DNA of 61,198 nucleotides from Gracilinanus agilis (lineage: Eukaryota), in NCBI RefSeq assembly GCF_016433145.1, contig NC_058133.1:169785439-169846636 (forward strand), read 5' to 3'. Position 1 is the stretch's first letter, and each line of letters starts with the position of its first letter. The position numbers were made by a program, and so were the translations under genes. Shown piece after piece: positions 56,801-61,198 of this stretch. The notes under the pieces are model-generated. The model saw only the letters and a list, made by a program, of their open reading frames with translations, did no database searches and had not been told where the DNA came from.

Positions 56801-59701
56801 AGTGTCCTAGGGATTAGTAGATAAGTTACCAGAATCTTGATTGGGTGATAAATATGGATTGAGTAAGCTTCAAAGGAGGAGAGAGGAATTTACTGAGTAA
56901 TATTGATAGAGGAGGAATTTGAATGTGGCATGTGGAGTAAAGAATATTCCAACTTTTTTTCTTGTACATAGTTGTTTGTATATTATCTTTTTTTATTTGA
57001 AAATATTTATTTAATTTATTTATTTAGAATATTTTTCCATGGTTACATGCTTCATGTTCTTTCCCTTTCCTCCTCCTACCTCCCTCCCGTAGGCAACGAG
57101 CAATTCCACTGGGTTTTACATGTGTCATTGATCAAGACCTGTTTCCATATTATTAATATTTGCATTAGGGTGATCCCTTAGAGTCTACATCCTCAATCAT
57201 ATCCCCATTGACCCATGTGACCAAGCAGTTGTTTTTCTTCTGTGTTTCTGCTCCCACAGTTCATTCTCTGGATGTGGATAGTGTTCTTTTTCATAAATCC
57301 CTCAGAACTGTCCTAGATTATTGCATTGCTGCTAGTAGAAAAGTCCTTTACATTTGATTGTGCCACAGTGTATCTGTCTCTGTAATGTTCTCCTGGTTCT
57401 GCTTCTTTCACTCTGCATCAAGAATGTTCCATCTTCCCCACCATGACTAGTGCCTGGGAATAGGAGTGAGACCAGCCAGTGCTAGGAGGGCTTTTCAGGG
57501 ATGCTATTATCAAGAGAGGGTAGGTCTCAGTGAGTACAAGAAGATAGAGGGAGTAAGAAAGGAAAAACATTTACAATGAAGGCAGATTTTGAAATTTTGG
57601 AGCAGGTAATTCACACAGCAGAATGGAAGGCATGGGTAGATCTAGAGTGGGATATTGGAGGGGATGGATTGAGGGAGATGAGAGTAAAGACTCTGGATGT
57701 GTACAGTGATGGCTAGGCTTTCAAGATTCCAGAGATGGAGAGAGTATGATGGGATGGGAAGATGCTAACCTTTAAGGAATAAGTTCAGGCAGAGTACCAG
57801 TGACTGGAGAGAAGATTCCACAAAATCCATCATCAGTCAAATTTGCTCTTGCCACAGCAGCACTTGTTTTCCCAGCCGTGGTATGACACATTGATCTTTC
57901 AGTTCTTCCCAAGGGTCAACATTATTTTGGACAGAATCCAAGGACAGGTACACACTTGTAATGATGGTCCTGTTCTGACTTTGCCTTGACGCCCTAGAAC
58001 TCAGCAACACTCACATTGTTGACTGAGGCTTAAAGTCCTTTTCCTTTCCCAGTCCCTTTCCCCATCTCCCCTATCCCTGACTTTCTCTTTCATTTCCTCT
58101 GGTCAGGGTTTTTTTTTTAAACCCTTTTTATGTCTTGGACCCTTCTGTCAGTCTAGTGAAACTAATTCTATTAAAATCCATATAGCAGAATATTAAAACA
58201 GAACAAAAGCTCACAGGTTAGGAACCCCTCCCTAGCTATTGTGGCTTAGAAAGAGCATTGGCCCTGCTTAATCACTAGGTATTTTGGAGGGGCAAATCCC
58301 TTCTCTCTGGGCCTTGGCATCCTTATCTATAAAATAAGAATATTGGGATAGATGCCCTCTAAGGTCCCTTTTGGTTCTAACTCTGTGACTCTTCCTTTCC
58401 AAGCAGAACTGGGGCAAGACAGCTGAATAAAATTTCCTACCTCTTCCTTTTCCCTCTTTTAGCCTTTTCTAAGATGATTTGTCCAGGGAACACTTTTAGA
58501 TTTTTAATAGATTTATAAAAATAATACATATAAAATAATATTTATATAGAAATATAGGTATTTATATAATAAATATATATAACATACAGTAACTATGTAT
58601 AATGTGTAACAAATATATTTTTGTTGTCCAGTCTTAGTCTTTGTGACCTCCATGGACTGTAGCTATCCATGGGATTTTCTTGGCAAGGATACTGGAGTGG
58701 TTTGCTGTTTCCTTTTTTCAGCAGATATATTGGATCCTTTTGTCGGGAGACCAGAGATTAACTAACTTGGTCAGGATCACACAGTTAGGAAGTGTCTGAG
58801 GCTGGATTTGAACTCAGATCTTCCTGACTCCAGGACCAACACTCTATCCACAGAGCTGCCTCTTATAATAAATGTATATGATGTAGTATGTATACACACA
58901 TACATACACATACAAGTATCCCTTCCACATTGCTCTGGAGATCTGGAAAATCCACATAAAATTATTTGGCTTTCACATTTTTTTCACAAATTTTAACCTT
59001 TTACTTATTTTAACTTTAAAAAATAAATTGTGTATATTTATGGTATTGAGAGATAAAATATGTTGAGATTATATAACACTATACATATATTTTATGCCGT
59101 TCAGTGTTTCCCCCAAAATTCCTGTTTAATTTCTTATGCTGAGCCATGATATATTAAAATCGCAATGGGGAAGGTTGCTCTGGGAAGGGATACCTCTATA
59201 GTTGTATCTATATGCTTAATCTAGGGGCATAGAATTCCCTCAGGGTAAATGAGGAGCTGGGAAAAATTTGAAGGAAAATAAGAGGAAATTAATTCTATTT
59301 TATACCTCAACAAGTGCAGAAATAGCATATATTTTACATACAATTTCATATTTAGGAGGAAACATATCATTGGCATGGGAAACTTCCTACTGAAATCCTG
59401 TTTCCCATCTCTGGGAACACTCCCCTTTTTTTCAGACTGTGGTCTGGGAGGCCCTGGACTGACAGAATAATCTTCTTCTGCCCTTCCAGGAAGGCCCCAT
59501 TTCACCTCTTCTGGGGCTTCCTCTGCACCTACCCACACACCTTCTGTGTCTCCCCAGGACACAGGCTCCCTGGATGAGAAGATGAAGAAGCTGGATGTAG
59601 ATCAGGATTCCGAGCTCAAGTTCCACGAATACTGGAGGCTTATTGGGGAACTGGCCAGGGAGATGAAGAAGGAGAAAGCGGCAGAGATGCGGAAGAAGTG
59701 A
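49216..59701 (+). CDS. S100A13: Protein S100-A13, 98 aa
   Basis: Exons 49216-49368 (153) + 59558-59701 (144): MAAEPLTELEIAIETVVKTFFTFAVREGKKGTLSISEFKDLATQQLPHLLK|DTGSLDEKMKKLDVDQDSELKFHEYWRLIGELAREMKKEKAAEMRKK*. Confidence 0.97.
50618..50670. repeat. (TG)n microsatellite, ~26 units
   Basis: Direct reading. Confidence 0.98.
50820..50886. repeat. (CA)n microsatellite with CATA interruptions
   Basis: Direct reading. Confidence 0.98.
50887..51110 (+). mobile_element. MAR1-type SINE
   Basis: CAGCTAGGTGGCACAGTGGATAGAG head; RTE tail (GGCAAATCACTCCCAGTATCTTTGCCAAGAAAA). Confidence 0.8.
51385..51580 (-). mobile_element. SINE1-type SINE
   Basis: AAACCCTTCCCTTCTGTCTTAGAATCAATACTGTG tail plus CORE. 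Confidence 0.8.
52030..52860 (-). mobile_element. L1 3' fragment (older marsupial L1)
   Basis: GCAGGTTATACATGTGCAATCATGCAAAACATTTCC..TTCCCAATTGATGGATATCTCCTCAATTTCC..CAGTTCACAACTCCACCAACAATG. Confidence 0.75.
52936..53490. mobile_element. SINE cluster: SINE1 (-) 52960-53145 with (ATTTC)n tail, MIR pieces, SINE1 (+) 53330-53490
   Basis: Standard SINE tails in opposite orientations. Confidence 0.8.
53500..53810 (+). mobile_element. L1 3' end (sense)
   Basis: Reverse complement of the L1 3' pieces at 7030-7490 and 56975-57420; A-rich tail ~53790. Confidence 0.75.
53850..57800 (-). mobile_element. Long fragmented L2 LINE with nested SINE1 (54180-54375), MIRs (55150-55400, 55810-56070) and L1 (56975-57420)
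   Basis: Minus-strand translation ...HLRVIFSTSLSLSPHLQLFAKCYSFYL..SPLLSSDTTTT..QALITS resembles the L2 ORF2 C-terminal region. Confidence 0.7.
58620..58865 (-). mobile_element. MAR1-type SINE
   Basis: TTCTTGGCAAGGATACTGGAGTGGTTTGC RTE tail in reverse plus CORE. Confidence 0.8.
59558..59701 (+). CDS. S100A13: S100A13 last coding exon
   Basis: ccccag|GACACAGG...AAGAAGTGA. Confidence 0.96.
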   Translation, partial: DTGSLDEKMKKLDVDQDSELKFHEYWRLIGELAREMKKEKAAEMRKK

Positions 59702-59755
59702 AGCTGGCGGAGGAGGGAGAAGAGGGGAAGGGGAAGAAATGACCCTCGTCCCCCT

Positions 59756-59761
59756 AATAAA
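59756..59761 (+). terminator. S100A13: S100A13 poly(A) signal (AATAAA)
   Basis: 54 nt after the stop; GU-rich downstream (GTGTGTGCTTTTTC). Confidence 0.8.
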
Positions 59762-61107
59762 GTTGTCTTGAAATACAAGTGTGTGCTTTTTCTTACCTCT
59801 CCCAGATTCCTTAGACATTCCTTCCTGAGTCAGGAGAGGGGGCTGGACCGGAGGCAGAGTGACATCTTGTACTTTAAGGTTGACAAAGGGCTCTTGTCAC
59901 CCTGTGGTTTAGGCAAGGATTCCATTTTACAGATGAAGAAACCGAGGCCATTAGGTCAAGTGAGACCTGACACAAAAATCCTGGCACTGCATACAGTGCA
60001 GAGATAGGGACTGGACCTGAGATTTCATCGGTGGAGGAGACTCTGGGGTGAGGAAACTTTATAGTCTGGGAGAGTCACCTAGATCGGAGTCACACAGCCT
60101 GTAGGTGTCAGGAGGTCAAGTCTTGCCTTCAAGGCCATCTCTATTCACTACACAATGCTTCCTCTTGTATGGACTATAATATCATCTGATAAACGTTTGT
60201 TGAGTGAATGAATGACTAATAGTGATGCAACTCAGGAGGAAGGGGCACGGGAGGTAAGTGACTCCAGTTTCCTCGGGTGGGGTGAGGATGCCCCCCTGTC
60301 TTGGCTCTTGGCTTGGATTATTGGTCTTTCTTGGTATGGCCCCTGGGATACCTCCTGCTTACCTCATTAGAGTTTCAGACCCTGGCTTAGATCCTTTCCC
60401 CTCCATACCTGAGCTTCCTGCCTGCACTTTCAGATCGATGGTGGAGTGAGGAGGGGGGAGCAGTAGAGAGGGCACCGCCGCTGCCCATCTTGTTGAAGCC
60501 CAAGACAGAGGTTCTCAGGTTGGAGGCTCTTGCCACAAGAGGGGGCAAGGGCAGGGCAGCTCATGGGGCTTTCCAGCTGGTAGAGACTGCCCAGAGGGGC
60601 TTGGACTGAGAACTCTAGTGGGGAGAGTCCAGCCACCTCCCAGGGGTGTCTGAAAGAGCTCAGTCTCTCCCTTCTCTCTGCGCTTCTCCCTCTACTTTCT
60701 CCACCGTACATTTCCCATCCGATATTACAGGAGGGGCCATGCCGTGGGTGATGGGAGTTGGGGAGGGCTAGATGAGGAGTCCGAAGTGCAAGGGTCTTGT
60801 TCTTCCAAGAAACCTGCTCTGGGGGCTGCTGGAGCCCGACTCTTGTTAGGGGAGGTGGCACGGCAAAAGGGAGTGGCAGGCAATTCAACCAGTTTGGGGA
60901 GTTGGAGTCCCCTCTTCCCCTTTACCCCCAACTCAGCATCTGTACTGAGATTCTATCCAGTATCCTATCCTCCAGAAGAGGAGTCTTCCAGGAGGGAAAA
61001 AAAAGCCAAAGCAGGCAGGCTCTGTTTTCTTTTTAAGTCGATTTTTTAATAGACTTTTTTTAAATTAAAAAACAAAACAATTTTTATTTTTTCTATTTAA
61101 GCACTTA

Positions 61108-61110
<3 letters not shown>

Positions 61111-61198
<88 letters not shown>
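61111..61198. repeat. (TC)n microsatellite running to the window end
   Basis: Direct reading, at least 44 units. Confidence 0.98.

Noticed and set aside
60258-61049. Cluster of ORFs downstream of S100A13, considered as S100A14
   Set aside because: No EF-hand or S100A14-like peptide in any frame; the coding exons probably lie beyond the window.

Overview
Eukaryotic (marsupial) genomic DNA, most likely a didelphid opossum such as Monodelphis, judged from young SINE1_Mdo/MAR1-type SINEs. It is orthologous to the human 1q21.3 segment ILF2-SNAPIN-CHTOP-S100A1-S100A13. Gene models reconstructed by hand with GT-AG boundaries and consistent phases: ILF2 (+, last 8 coding exons, 5..3548, 5' part outside the window), SNAPIN (-, 4 exons, 136 aa), CHTOP (-, 5 coding exons, 247/248 aa via a NAGNAG acceptor), S100A1 (-, 94 aa) and S100A13 (+, 98 aa, 10.2-kb second intron). 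The ~25 kb between SNAPIN and CHTOP is a layered transposon graveyard: L2, L3/CR1, RTE and L1 fossils, hAT MITEs, SINEs and at least 6 solo ERV LTRs, several with clean target-site duplications (TSDs). The most interesting candidates: (i) unannotated-looking splice and poly(A) switches in CHTOP introns 2, 3 and 5 that could form a multi-layer autoregulatory system; (ii) a 67-nt pre-miRNA-like hairpin in the S100A13 5' region; (iii) a perfect CTCF core carried by a hAT MITE; (iv) a cryptic stop-containing exon and an inverted (TG)n/(CA)n pair in S100A13 intron 2. No tools were used. Repeat family names and human orthologue comparisons are from memory, and repeat boundaries without TSDs are approximate.
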